NCBI RefSeq assembly: GCF_003918875.1
Contig: NW_025765059.1
Location: 1,612,001-1,676,000, forward strand
Reading direction: 5' to 3'
Length of the DNA stretch: 64,000 nt
DNA from: Haliotis rubra
Taxonomy: Eukaryota
Part shown: one piece after another, positions 49,860 to 63,439 of the stretch
How positions within the stretch are numbered: the stretch's first letter is position 1
Layout: each line of letters starts with the position of its first letter
The notes under the pieces: generated by a model
Told to the model about the DNA's origin: nothing
The model's input: only the letters and a program-made list of their open reading frames with translations
Database searches by the model: none
Program-made: the position numbers and the translations under genes

Positions 49860-51036
49860 TACTCTTCAAAAAAAGAAACTTGACATGCTGTTTTGGAGTT
49901 TACTTACTAAGTGCATATAACTGATTCATTGCTCAGTAACAGCAAAATCATCACTTTACAAATTTCCAAAACATGATTATCCAGAAAGTGTTTGGTAAAA
50001 CCACAGAGAGCTATTAAAGCCACTTGGTCAGGGTAAAATGTCAGTATCTGGCGTGACCACCATGAACATCGATAACAGCGTGGCAGCGGTGACCCATAGA
50101 AGAAAGAAGATGCCGAATGCTGTCTTGAGGAATGTTTTGATACACTTGCTGAAGTGCTGTGTGCAGTTCTTGTAGTGTCTGAGGCGGCGGATTACGCTGG
50201 CGCAAGCGTCGATCAAGAGTATCCCATAGATGTTCAATGGGGGACAAATCCGGTGATCGAGAAGGCCAAGGTAACAACTGAACATTGTTTCGCTGGAGGA
50301 AGACCTGTCAAACACGTGCAACGTGAGGTCGAGCATGGTCATGCTCCAAAGATCACGTTGATGTAGGGAACGACGTGACGTTGAACTGGTCTTCTGGCAA
50401 AAAAAGTCTGGCTTTCCATAGCCAATTGTGCACTGTCTGGTCGGAGATTCGGAGCAGTCCAGGAATTTGGATTGTTGTGGATGATGCGGCCGTGGTGTTT
50501 GAACGAAAATGTCTCAACCGGATGTAGCGATCCTGGGCGGCGGTGGTAACTCCAGGTCGACCTGACCCGGCTCTGACATTATCACTCCCAGTATTTTTGT
50601 ATCGGGTCCATAGGTTTGAGAAGGTCTGTTTGGACACACTGAAGTGACTTGCCACATCATGCTGCGATGTCCGTCCTTGCAAACGGTTAATGGCGTTGTG
50701 TCGTTGAGCTTCTGTCAGTCTTTTCATTCTCTTGTCGTCTATAGTGGCTTAAATCAATGCATGTGGAGTACCACTGATGTGGCTTTTTTAAAGCCTACAT
50801 TCATAGGCTTCAGCTCGGGGTGATACACAATTTCATGATGCTCGTGCATTTCATGTAGGGTGCGTTTTAGTGATTCACTACAGACGTGAGTGTAGCGTTA
50901 CGTTTTTGTTAAACGTTTAATTTTGTCATCAGCAACCATTCCCCCACATGATGGGATTGAACATGTATTGATTTGTGTCAAATATTTTCCTAAAATTCAA
51001 ATTTGTCCTATGTCAAGTTTCTTTTTTTGAAGAGTA
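49860..51036 (-). mobile_element. Tc1-family transposon, internally deleted
   Basis: TIR TACTCTTCAAAAAAAGAAACTTGACAT and reverse complement; MKRLTEAQRHNAI..GRP N-terminus (50727) and WPSRSPDLSPIEHLW...GGHARY* C-terminus (50041). Confidence 0.9.
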
Positions 51037-52724
51037 ATATTCCCTCATACCCCACAGCAACCAAGCTCAAAATAGCGAACAGATACCATCCAAACCACCT
51101 GTACTTCCACCCGTTTCCATCACTCCCGGCAAACTTCATTATCCAAATTCATTAAAAAAATTAGGATACAAATCTTACGCCCCGCTCTTTGGTCATGATC
51201 AACCATCTTTCGTCCAAACACGGCCTTGCGTGACTGTGCATCATGTCGGGAAGCGCACGTAAAATCCCCAATCCATCATCAAAACTATCGTCTATCTCTC
51301 CTCTATACACTTTGGAAGGCTTGGCAAAGCCCATGGAAAGTACTGCCATACATTCCCATCTGTTAGACATTCAAGACAGTTCATTTGTGGTTTTGTCAAA
51401 TTTATGAATTTGACAAATGATTTTTCAAAGAGTAGTCTGCCGTGCAGCTGGAGAATGTTGCGAAAGCTCTGACACGGCCTGTAATGGGATGTCCTTTGAC
51501 CTCTGGTTCGCAGTAGCGAGAACAAAAATCTGATCTCTATGCGACTGACATATACCCCAAGGGATGCTGCTACAGCGCCTTATCTTACCAACATGTGTCA
51601 AATAGCCGTTGTGAAAGAATTCAAACAGCTGTTCGATCGAGCTAACTGTATTGTATCACGTGACATTGATTCTTGTAGTTATTTGTTTCGTATCGGCTTA
51701 TAAAGGTTCAGGGTCCTTCTCAGGAACCCACTCGCAGCCTGTTTTGTTTCGTGGCTTGGTATAAATGATATATTCCACAACTCAGAATATATACTTCCCA
51801 CTAGGCTGATTTCATGGTATTTCATCAAGGTCACGTAAACCTGTCACATGTAAACACTCTGATGGATTACAAATATATATTTGTCGTGTGTTACGTGAAA
51901 TGTCGATAAAAAGGTAAAAAGGAACATAATGAGGCTCACAAGTTAATCCGACGTGGTAGTTTCCTATATCAGCATGAGATGCCCATCGCTCCTGTAATAC
52001 TACATCCTGCGTATGTCGCCTATGTAATCTCTGCAAGATAAAGTCCCGTCTCACCGGTACAATCTGTCCAAGTTGCATATCTGTCCTATCTTATGTTTTA
52101 CTGTTGATCGAATTGTTTGTTGTTGTCGCCGAACTCAGCATATTCCGATATGACGGCGGTCTGTAATTATTCGTGCCTGGACCAGACAATCCAGTGACAG
52201 ACATATACTTTCATATGGCGATAATTCAACACGTAGCGGATGGTACCCGTCAAGTGTCAAGTCCAATGTCAGATACCATCAGATGCTGGGGGCTAGAAAT
52301 TGATACACAATATAATACATATTAATCTGCAAAGCCGTTTTCTATCAACAGGCAAACATTAAACACAGTGGTGTGAAACTATCTTTCGTGGACATTGAAA
52401 TCTTGATTTATCTCTTCAATCCGAACGCAGTGTATGAGAGTGACATATTGTTTAGTCTGAACATATGACCAAAAGAAATACGCTCCATTCAATTCTTTAA
52501 TCAGAAAGAGCATACATGTCGATGTAAACAATCACACCTAAAGCAGAAGACATGAATATAATTGTTGGACACGCAAAATACTCTAGAAGTTGACAAGAAC
52601 TGCAATATTTAAGAACAAAAGAAGAAAAGTCGAGAAAATAATAATGAACAAATCAAGAACGACGAATATGACGAATACATTCCACAATGGACCCCCCCTG
52701 CACGTGCCGGCATGTCATTCTCCC

Positions 52725-52807
52725 CAGTAATGTGTATAGTCACTTCAGTCTCTGCAGCTGTGGTCAGTTTGCAACAGCGACGTCACACTCTATACAACAT
52801 TCACCTG
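52725..52807 (-). promoter_or_regulatory. SECIS element of Dio copy E (GUGA core, type II-like)
   Basis: GUGAC-GUCGCUGUUG-CAAA-CUG(ACCA)CAG-CUGCAGAGAC-UGAA with basal helix UGUAUAG/CUAUACA; ~200 nt after the stop codon. Confidence 0.75.
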
Positions 52808-53003
52808 AGTGGAATAAGATGCAGGTTGCCGTGACCCAACCATTAGTGTCAGTACAATACACAGTATTTGTTAACTTTATCAGACATCTTAAAAAATGTA
52901 TAAATTCTGATTACCTTTCTGCTATTGCAACAACAACTACCCTACGTCTAGGCATTGTATGAGACACAGCAGAATATCTTTGAACAGTATTATAATGGTT
53001 CCC

Positions 53004-53762
53004 CTATTGAGTGCCTCTGTATTTTGACAACCAGTCATACACCTCTTCTATTTTATACCCAACTGGTCCTCGCATGCCCTCATAAACAATCACTCCGTTT
53101 AGCACTATGTACAGACGCTCGAACAGACCGCCGTAGTGCTTGTTAGCTTCATCGTCCATGTTGTCCACCACAATCTCACAATCGCAGGGTTCCAGTTCAC
53201 CCAGGCGCCGAGCTGCTGCGACCCTGTCTTCAAGGGTGTTGTGACGATGGATATCTATATTGTTTCTGAAGAACCACCCATCAGTAGGATGGGCTTCTTC
53301 AATGTACACAATCAGAAAATCCGCTAGGTTGGTAAAGTCAGCAACGATCTCTCTGAATCTCGCCATCTTTACCATAAACGGGGGTCAGGTGCAGCTACCG
53401 AAGTTCAACACCAGAGGGCGATCTTTCTTCCCGAAATCTAGAAGTTTCTTTCGTGTCTTTCCGTCCATTGGAATCACTTCCGGGTTGGGAGCCTTGCCGT
53501 TGAGAGAAGCTGTTTTTAGAAGATCCATGTATCTACATCGGAAGTGGGCACTCAGAAATGTGAAGCTGTGAATGCTTTGTGAGTAATCGTCCCTGCTGAG
53601 CCCAGAGCCGTCCATCACGGAGCCGATCCTGTCAACCAGTTCCTTGCGGTAGGACAGGAAGAGACGGGCCAATATTTGTTGCATGAAAAAGAACCCAACC
53701 ATGTGGCAGCACAGGAAAAATACTCGGAGCATCAAGGTCAAGGATGCCGTTAGAGACGCCAT
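53004..53762 (-). CDS. Dio: Iodothyronine deiodinase (selenoprotein), divergent paralog E, 252 aa
   Basis: Hydrophobic N-terminus, RPLVLNFGSCT-U(53385-53387)-PPF, YIEEAHPTDGW, YGGLFERL, GMRGP; TAG stop; acceptor ttttcag at ~53778. Confidence 0.94.
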
Positions 53763-54269
53763 CGTTTTGCCTTTTCTCTGAAAATGTGAAGTCTACGTGA
53801 AATAGTGCATGTATGATACACCCGGAAGTAGTTTCAGCATTTGTTAAAAGGCCTCGATATTGAATCTCACAATGTTTCAAAAAGGGAAGCGGCTTACTTT
53901 ACTGTTATGTTGCGCATTTAATTTTAATTGTTAAAAACATGATAATGATGTGGTTGGAGGCGAGATGAATAGTGCCCACCTGCACAACATACAACGGATA
54001 TTGACCTTAGATAGTGCTTCCACCCTCCAGAATATCCACCCACTCCCTTCCCACCGCGCCTCACCCTTCCCATCCCTTCTTATTGATTATTCTTTCTTAG
54101 AACAATCTGTGGTTCAAAGCAACACTCTTTTTTGCTTATTGACATTACTGTCTGTTCCAGGGGCTTATTTCATATTTCATTATATCATAGGATACATTCG
54201 TCGAATGTTTATATAGTTTATTACGTCTGAACACGTGTATACATAAACAATGCCCTTAGAAAGTGGTCA

Positions 54270-54570
54270 AATATAACATATGTTATATTTGGGATTACAC
54301 TCACTTAGTAAAGTACAGATTCTAGGACTTTCTTTAATTTGTATTCTATTTTTTGTTGTTGTTGTTTTGTTTTTTTGGTGGGGGAGGTTGAGTCCCATCC
54401 GGGATTCGAACCCACACCCTCAGAGTCAAGCACCTCATCGACAGGACACAAAGTCAGCCGCCTAACCTGCTCAGCCACCGCAAATTACAGGACTCATCCC
54501 ATGGAGTGGGACTCAACCCCCCAAAAAGTATTAGAATCTGTACATTACTAAGAAAGTGTAATCCCAAATA
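54270..54570. mobile_element. Two family-3 SINEs in inverted (head-to-head) arrangement
   Basis: Minus-strand copy ~54270-54480 and plus-strand partial copy ~54503-54570. Confidence 0.65.
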
Positions 54571-54990
54571 TACCAACCATCAAAAGTTTAGACTCACTAA
54601 TGTAAATGTAGCCACTCACTTCAGTCAACTGTTATGAACTATATTTTGTAAAATAATCCATACAGTTTAAAGGTACTGTTTATACATGAGCTGATGTAGT
54701 GTAAAACAAATTCGTGACGTTGAAAAGTTTATTGTCATGTGTTCAATAAATGATGAAACTCGGTGAAAAATGGCGATTCTTTTATCAAAACTTTGCACCC
54801 AAACGCAGCTGTTCACATGCATATTTGCACATTTTCAGCAATTTGATGCATGATCCTCGTGCAATTAATCTGCATAAGGTTTGCACGTTTCCCTCAAGTT
54901 AGTGGAGAAATTCATCTTCGTTGTAACCATATGTACATACATAACATATAGTGATTGATTTAAGCGAGTCTAAACTTTTGATGGGTAGTA
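54571..54990. mobile_element. Tc1-type MITE, second copy, inserted into a SINE 3' end
   Basis: Same TIRs as 8973-9395, interior inverted; splits ATCCCAAATA|TAACATG. Confidence 0.85.
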
Positions 54991-57039
54991 TAACATGTCT
55001 TACAACGTTTGTAATTTTTTTTATAAAGTTCAAATACTGAGATACGGGATACTGAGCCCCCTCGCCAGTGAGGTACGTACGTGGGATTTTATTTGAAAAA
55101 ATGTGACAATATATGTAAATGCAGTTGTCTTACTTTACATGGTACACAGGACCTATAGTTTGCCTACCATCACCAAGCCCATCTACTGACACGCACACAC
55201 AGGCTTGCATAGAGTATTCACACGTCATACACGGGGACACGTTGTCAACTAAAATACACGGCACATTTAATGCAGTGGAATTTGAACAGAAAGATATACT
55301 TTAAATACAGGCTGCAATACTACAATAAGGAGACCGGGGGTTAACGATATGTTGTTCCAACCGGCCACCAGTTGGGTTGCTATTTCAACATATGTAAGGT
55401 TGGTCATTCCCGATCTCACTCCAGATAATGGAGCGTGGATTTCGGGACATGACGATGAACATATGAAATGTTTAGGAGAAAAGATGAACTTCAACGCGTG
55501 CTTACGCTACTGATGACTGTACACATGATCTGGTATGTACTTACAATTTGAAATCTACTTTCAAAACATCAGATGCCCATCGCCCCTTGTAACTACAGCC
55601 TGTTGATCGTCACCCCAGGTAAATGTCATGACATGACATTTCTCCCTATGGCAATGACCTCATCCGGCTTAGTTTTATGACTCCTTCAGAAATAACGGTA
55701 AAAATCAGCCAGTCATGTGCATCTATACTACGGCCATATCAGCTGTACAACGTTGTGCGATTGTGTGTTCGTGGTTGTTATAAGTGATTACATCACGGTC
55801 ATTTGTTTAACCTGGGAATATTTACCTGAACACATATAGATCACACCCACTAGCGGACTACTGGCTTCTGATTTGATAATGATACAATGGGCGTTTCGTT
55901 GTTGCTTTTGGTCGCTGATGAGGCAGTGTTATACGTGTGCTGTATTGATACTTACTACAAAGTTTATTCCAGGATCATCTGCCTTAGTTTAGACTTATCT
56001 TGTTAGAAGGCTAGCTGTTAGCTGTTACCTGTCATCTCACAGTATATCTGAAGTCAACAGAAGGCAAGCATCGCATGTGATGATCATACCTAGCCTATAG
56101 CTGCAAGCTGGAATATTACCATCATTGTATTAACACGGAAAAACTGGACAAAGTTTTACCAATATTTTATAACGGTATGTGTTATTGAAAACTGGGAATA
56201 TTACAGACTAACTGACCACGTTCCTCAATCTTAAACCTGTCAAGGGTCACATTGATAACGAGCATCTGACATAATCCGGGACCAGTATCTATAAAGCTAA
56301 CAGAACCAAGGTGCATTACGTTTATCTGTCTTTACGGCTGTTTGTATTCCACGCTGGTCAAATCACGTCCGTGCCACATATACCTTCGTGGCATACTCGC
56401 GACAGGCCATCGATGCTTTGGTCCAACTAAATGGCATAATCTCAAGTTCACAATAACACCGTTATCGTAAGTTTTATCTGTAAACGCGAATATCTGCGAT
56501 AACTAGAACAGGTATATAATACGGGGGACAGTCACAAATCATTGGGTGGATGTCTGGTAAATTCACTAAAGTATGTCACCTTGCTTTCGTCAAGTTCGAC
56601 AAATCTTGACCATTGCTATTCTATATTAACTTTAATCTATTGTAAATACCTTAACTATATGTTACCAGCCTTAGCACTTCTTTCAAGTTGATGTTGAACG
56701 ACTGTCTCATATACAGTCAAGCACTGTTGTCTCGATATTCATGGGACCAATAAAAAATATCGAGTTATCCGAACTTCGAGACATCCGACCAGGGCATATC
56801 ATCACATATCACTATGAAAGAAAACAAAACGCTTCTTAGTATGTTTTGATTCGAAACTTTAATCCATTATCAGTAGTGTTTAGTCGTAAACGTGAGTACA
56901 GTATATTCTTTATAACTGATTAGGAATGCTTATTAAATGCTGATTAACAGAAGGCTGTTTTGTGTCGACTGTTTAACTATAATGTACGTGAAGACTGCTG
57001 TTTTGGGACTGTTTTATAGAATTGTCGCGCATTTTTAAC

Positions 57040-58946
57040 TGTGAAGACTATGCTGTTTTGTGACTGTCATATAATGTATAGAATGTGTCGCGTATTTTAA
57101 CTATTGTATTACGTGTGAAGACTATGCTGTTTTGTGACTGTCATATAATGTATAGAATGTGTCGGGTATTTTAACTATTGTATTACGTGTGAATACTATG
57201 CTGTTTTGTGACTGTCGTATAATGTATAGAATGTGTCGGGTATTTTAACTATTGTATTAGGTGTGAATACTATGCTGTTTTGTGACTGTCATATAATGTA
57301 TAGAATGTGTCGGGTATTTTAACTATTGTATTACGTGAATACTATGCTGTTTTGTGACTGTCGTATAATGTATAGAATGTGTCGGGTATTTTAACTATTG
57401 TATTAGGTGTGAATACTATGCTGTTTTGTGACTGTCGTATAATGTATAGAATGTGTCGGGTATTTTAACTATTGTATTACGTGTGAATACTATGCTGTTT
57501 TGTGACTGTCATATAATGTATAGAATGTGTCGCGTATTTTAACTATTGTATTAGGTGTGAATACTATGCTGTTTTGTGACTGTCATATAATGTATAGAAT
57601 GTGTCGCGTATTTTAACTATTGTATTACGTGTGAATACTATGCTGTTTTGTGACTGTCGTATAATGTATAGAATGTGTCGGGTATTTTAACTATTGTATT
57701 ACGTGTGAATACTATGCTGTTTTGTGACTGTCGTATAATGTATAGAATGTGTCGGGTATTTTAACTATTGTATTAGGTGTGAATACTATGCTGTTTTGTG
57801 ACTGTCATATAATGTATAGAATGTGTCGGGTATTTTAACTATTGTATTAGGTGTGAATACTATGCTGTTTTGTGACTGTCATATAATGTATAGAATGTGT
57901 CGCGTAGAATGTGTCGGGTATTTTAACTATTGTATTAGGTGTGAATACTATGCTGTTTTGTGACTGTCGTATAATGTATAGAATGTGTCGGGTATTTTAA
58001 CTATTGTATTAGGTGTGAATACTATGCTGTTTTGTGACTGTCATATAATGTATAGAATGTGTCGCGTATTTTAACTATTGTATTAGGTGTGAATACTATG
58101 CTGTTTTGTGACTGTCGTATAATGTATAGAATGTGTCGGGTATTTTAACTATTGTATTAGGTGTGAATACTATGCTGTTTTGTGACTGTCGTATAATGTA
58201 TAGAATGTGTCGGGTATTTTAACTATTGTATTAGGTGTGAATACTATGCTGTTTTGTGACTGTCGTATAATGTATAGAATGTGTCGGGTATTTTAACTAT
58301 TGTATTAGGTGTGAATACTATGCTGTTTTGTGACTGTCGTATAATGTATAGAATGTGTCGGGTATTTTAACTATTGTATTAGGTGTGAATACTATGCTGT
58401 TTTGTGACTGTCATATAATGTATAGAATGTGTCGGGTATTTTAACTATTGTATTACGTGTGAATACTATGCTGTTTTGTGACTGTCGTATAATGTATAGA
58501 ATGTGTCGGGTATTTTAACTATTGTATTAGCTGTGTGAATACTATGCTGTTTTGTGACTGTCGTATAGAATGTGTCAATGTATAGAATGTGTCGCGTATT
58601 TTAACTATTGTATTACTATTGTATGAATACTATGCTGTTTTGTGACTGTCGTATAATGTATAGAATGTGTCGGGTATTTTAACTATTGTATTACGTGTGA
58701 ATACTATGCTGTTTTGTGACTGTCGTATAATGTATAGAATGTGTCGGGTATTTTAACTATTGTTTTATTACGTGTGAATACTTTGCTGTTTTGTGACTGT
58801 CATATAATGTATAGAGTGTGTCTGGTATTTTAACTATTGTATTACGTGTGAATACTATGCTGTTTTGTGACTGTCGTATAATGTATAGAATGTGTCTGGT
58901 ATTTTAACTATTGTATTACGTGTGAATACTATGCTGTTTTGTGACT
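57040..58946. repeat. 74-bp satellite, ~26 copies
   Basis: GAATACTATGCTGTTTTGTGACTGTC recurs every 74 bp (for example 57191, 57265). Confidence 0.95.
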
Positions 58947-60187
58947 TAGGAGATAAACATCATGTGTTGTATGCATTCGCCAACACATGATGTTTTACTC
59001 AGGTATTGACCCGTAAACTGCAGGTGTCCCGTAAACCGAAAGGTCCACACACGTTTTTTGTGTCAGCTCTCATTGACATCGAGTACGGGTACAGCAGTGA
59101 AATGTCATCAGCCGGCCGTTTCGGTTGTCTCCCACGGTAGCATCTGGAACTGCTCATTTGTGATCACGTTTGATCACGTTTTTCAACCAATCAGATTAAA
59201 GAACACAATGACTTTTGGTTTACAATGGAATATGTATCGTGATGAATTTAGTATGTGTCGTGTGTAACGAATCTACATGTGATGTTTATGTACTTTGATA
59301 GCTGATTGCATTGCTAACATGTTCTAATATTTTAATGTTCGTTTATTTACTCAGGTATTGTGTTGTGTGTCGGTTGGTATGCTTTGACTTCTTGCCAAGC
59401 GAGCTGATTCCCCAACTCTCGCGTTTTAATAATTATAATATCACGCTATTTGAGAACATTGTTGGATAATTTTAGTCACTGCTGCATTCTCAAGTCTTTC
59501 AGAGCTGGGAGGTGTTCTGAATGTTAAGTCAGCACTGTAGATTAGCATGCCGCTCGGCATTGGGTCTTTGGTAATTCACGATAGTCTGGTTATAATAGAA
59601 GCCGGCATATTATTCAACTAGCCGACTGAAATTCTATATCAAAATTGTAGTTTAAAATCAGTATGATACATTATTACAGAAAACACATATAAACTTTCCT
59701 CTTGATTGTATTTTACTGATTTTTTCGATTTAATGTGTGCTTTGGAAATCGTGGAATTTGAAAATGCAAACTTTATTGGAATATCCTGGTATACTTACTC
59801 CTACATAAACAACAAGCGCCGCTGATCGTGACGTGACCATCTGTATGTTAACCTTTCGCGATGCGTTCATATTGAGTCACATATAAACAGAGAGTAAACA
59901 CAGTGTGGAGGTTTCTACGCCATCTAAAGTAGTAGAGATACGTCCATCACAGAGATATCTGGATGCTTTTCATATCTATACAATCTCTTATAATTTCTTC
60001 AGATCACAGATTTCTTTAAAAACAGGAATTGTGTGAAGAAAAACCAGCCTTAGCCTGTTTTCGAAGCTGGAGCAGGCGAGGTGAATACTGTCATCACGGA
60101 TCATTATGGGTATAATCGTATAATCACTGCATGTTTGTTTTCTTGCCGTTGTACCTTTGAGGCCAAGGAATTTGTATATATTTAAAC

Positions 60188-60433
60188 NNNNNNNNNNNNN
60201 NNNNNNNNNNNNNNNNNNNNNNNNNNNNNNNNNNNNNNNNNNNNNNNNNNNNNNNNNNNNNNNNNNNNNNNNNNNNNNNNNNNNNNNNNNNNNNNNNNNN
60301 NNNNNNNNNNNNNNNNNNNNNNNNNNNNNNNNNNNNNNNNNNNNNNNNNNNNNNNNNNNNNNNNNNNNNNNNNNNNNNNNNNNNNNNNNNNNNNNNNNNN
60401 NNNNNNNNNNNNNNNNNNNNNNNNNNNNNNNNN
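60188..60433. other. Assembly gap (N run)
   Basis: 246 consecutive N. Confidence 1.
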
Positions 60434-61665
60434 ACGTCACGTCGATGACCCGGATTCGATTCTCCACATGGGTACAATGTGTGAAGTCTGTTCCTGGTGT
60501 CCCCGTACAAATTTCGGTTTATCTATTTGTTTATATATCTGTTTAAAATGTGTGATTCCAATCTGTCTGCACTCAATACTTGCTGTGCCTCTGTGTTTGT
60601 CTACGGTTTACCACTACCTAGACAGTTTGTTGACATATCGGGCCGACATACTGTTATATATTTAGTCTTACACGACTCATCATCTCTCTGCTCACCTGTT
60701 TAATCTTGATAATGAGGTCGTAAAGGCGACACGGAACTAGTTAGCTCCAGATGTCCAAATGATACATTAGATTACTGTTGTTGTATTACTACACCTGTCA
60801 CCATTACATGCATAGTATGATGAATTAAAAACTGACACAGATTGGTTCAAATCTCGTGGAACAATAATTGACCATTAAACATCGTCTGTCATTACCAGTT
60901 GTTTGTTACGATATTCAAAACTTGTTTTATGAATGGAAAAAGAAGAACGAATTGTCATTATAATTCAATCGCCGATGTCTTGATGTCCTAAAACGAGAAC
61001 ACACGTAATGTCCTCAAACGAGAACACGCCTTTCAACTATCAACGTTGGTTACTGTAAACAAAACTTAGAATTTATTCTCAACACGACAAATGTCTTACC
61101 TCTTCAGCCACACTGCCGCAGTGGTTCTGTCTCAGCTAGGAGAGCTGGGACACTATTCTGGCATAACCTACTTCCTTTCATGAACAAGTCGGTTATGGAC
61201 ACGTAAGCTATGTTCGATAAGGTCATAGGTCCTCAGATGACTCCTCCCACCCACAAGGCACGGTGACCGGATGATGACGGCATGTTCCCAGACCCTGACG
61301 AGTGTATTATATGAGAGTCAAGCTGAAATCCAGAATGCCTCAAGACAGACATCGAAACTTGCTTTGGACGCCTTTTGAATTTTATTATTCATCCATGAAT
61401 TGTTTGTAGATATATATCTCTAAATAATATTGTATTTCTGGGACTAAATGCCAGTCTAAAGTGATAGCAACAGTAACACAAATGGAGCCTATTAATGTAT
61501 TGTTACAGTAGAACATCTCCACTAAAATATTTACGTCTCCAACAGAACAGTTATTTCTTGAAAAGCGCACCTTGTAATGTTGTCATCACTGTAAGCAGTG
61601 CTCCTTATCGCAGGGATGTGTTTTATCACATTGTAGGTAGCTGCTCACATGCAGTTGTCTGTTAC

Positions 61666-61745
61666 ATTGGCGGTTCCAGAGGGGGTTTCAGGGGGTTCGA
61701 ACCCCCTGAACCCCCTCCCTTTCAAAATTCCTGGATCCGCCCATG
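61666..61745. mobile_element. Tiny inverted-repeat element (MITE-like)
   Basis: GGCGG(T)TCCAG...CTGGATCCGCC ends with an internal TTCAGGGGGTTCGAACCCCCTGAA palindrome. Confidence 0.55.
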
Positions 61746-63439
61746 TGTTATACCTCTAGGTCCCCGTTTGTGTAGATACTCAACATTAATGGTTATATTC
61801 ATCATTAAAAGAAACATTTTGAACAATCGGTGTAAACAAACAACACTGGAAATTCACGAAAGAGACCGTCAAAGTGCGTATAGTATAGGTGACGCGAGTT
61901 GGTTAAAACCAGTAACAAGCATCTTACCTGTTCGATGGAAGCCAAAGCTCCACTTGTCTACAAGTAGAAACGGTTCCATGTTATGGTTGTTGCGAAATCT
62001 CTTACATAAATGTTGGACTTAAACGTGTCTTTAAACACATGACTGATATCGTTCGTAGTTGCCTGTATTTCACAGACTAATGTATGTACTTCAATGCAGG
62101 TATTTCACAATAGTTTGAATGGAAACTTCCCGACTGTTATCGCAGACAAAGAGATTCATTCAGAACAGATGATATACAATAGGGACAATTCAAAAGCATC
62201 CCTACTATATATTTTTGGAAAAAAGAAATGTTACATAATGTATGGCACTATTCAAGCATCGAGGGAATTGTGAAATCATTACACCGTACCTCTTTAGGGA
62301 ACTGACAACAACCTGGTCCATGGAAATGCGAAATTTGAGGTGAAACATCTCTAGACCAGCTCTAGATTGTAAGTGCCATTAACTGTCCTGCTTAGCATTA
62401 TTTGATATGCACAAAATAATATTACCGTGGGTATTTTTGTGTAAACAAGGCCAGAAATTGCAAACATCTGTTAACACCATATTACCCTAGCGTGACTACA
62501 CTATAAGACATGATTGGAATTCAGTTCGCATTGGCCGGAACAAGTTGTGGATCAGAAACCATTTTATCAAGAATAATATATTCCAAGATCGTGTTATTCT
62601 GGTTGCAGCATTTACCATATATATTTGAAATATTGACAACCAGTATGTACGCATGTAAATGTAAACATTAATGTAGACAACACCGAATGATCTTTTTAAA
62701 TATACTTGTGTAACAGATTACAAACATAAGTAAGTTAGACGGTGACCTATTCTGTATATTAAGTGTGTGTAATAACGTGAATACACAATGCCATTTTAAA
62801 TGGGGTCAAATGTGAATGCTTCCCTTCACAAAGCCGTAGTGGCTGAGTGGGTTAGATCACTGACTTTGTGTGGTGGCGATTAGGCGCCTGATTCTGAGAG
62901 TGTGGGTTCGAATCCCAAAGAACTAGAATCAGTATTTACTGAGAAAGTGTAATCCCAGATATAACATGTTACCTGTGTAATAACATGATTGAATTGACAA
63001 TGCCCGAATGAGATAACCGTCCCTTTTGTTCTAAGATCAAAAGGTTCCAGATCAGTGAAGCGATATAATCCCCAAGAACGAAAGGTCCACCTGTAATTTA
63101 GTTCCCTTTGAGATTTGGTCACCAGCAAAAAAGAAAATGAAGGTGTAAATTATCACCATTTTATTTATAATTTCATCGCATATTTACTGGATATTTTAAT
63201 AAATACTTACTTACAAGTAGATTGACATATGATTTTTCACATTTACTAATGGAAAGATATCTATTATATTATTAATATACACTGATGGACTTTTATGGCC
63301 GATAAGGCACAAAACACGATCAACATAGTCGTGAATAGAAATGTTTCTTGTTTCAAGTTCATTCTTGAAAGTAAAGATACCTGAATGTATCTACGTTTTC
63401 TAGGTGGTGGCCTGGCACCGCCTTGCAGTTGAAGAATAC

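Noticed and set aside
51240-51282. AUGA...UGA hairpin as an alternative SECIS for Dio E
   Set aside because: No unpaired AA in the loop and an irregular helix II; a better candidate exists at 52725-52807
57040-58946. CRISPR-like regular array
   Set aside because: Head-to-tail 74-bp satellite with no spacers and no cas genes
59988-60546. ORFs spanning the N run
   Set aside because: Artefacts of the assembly gap
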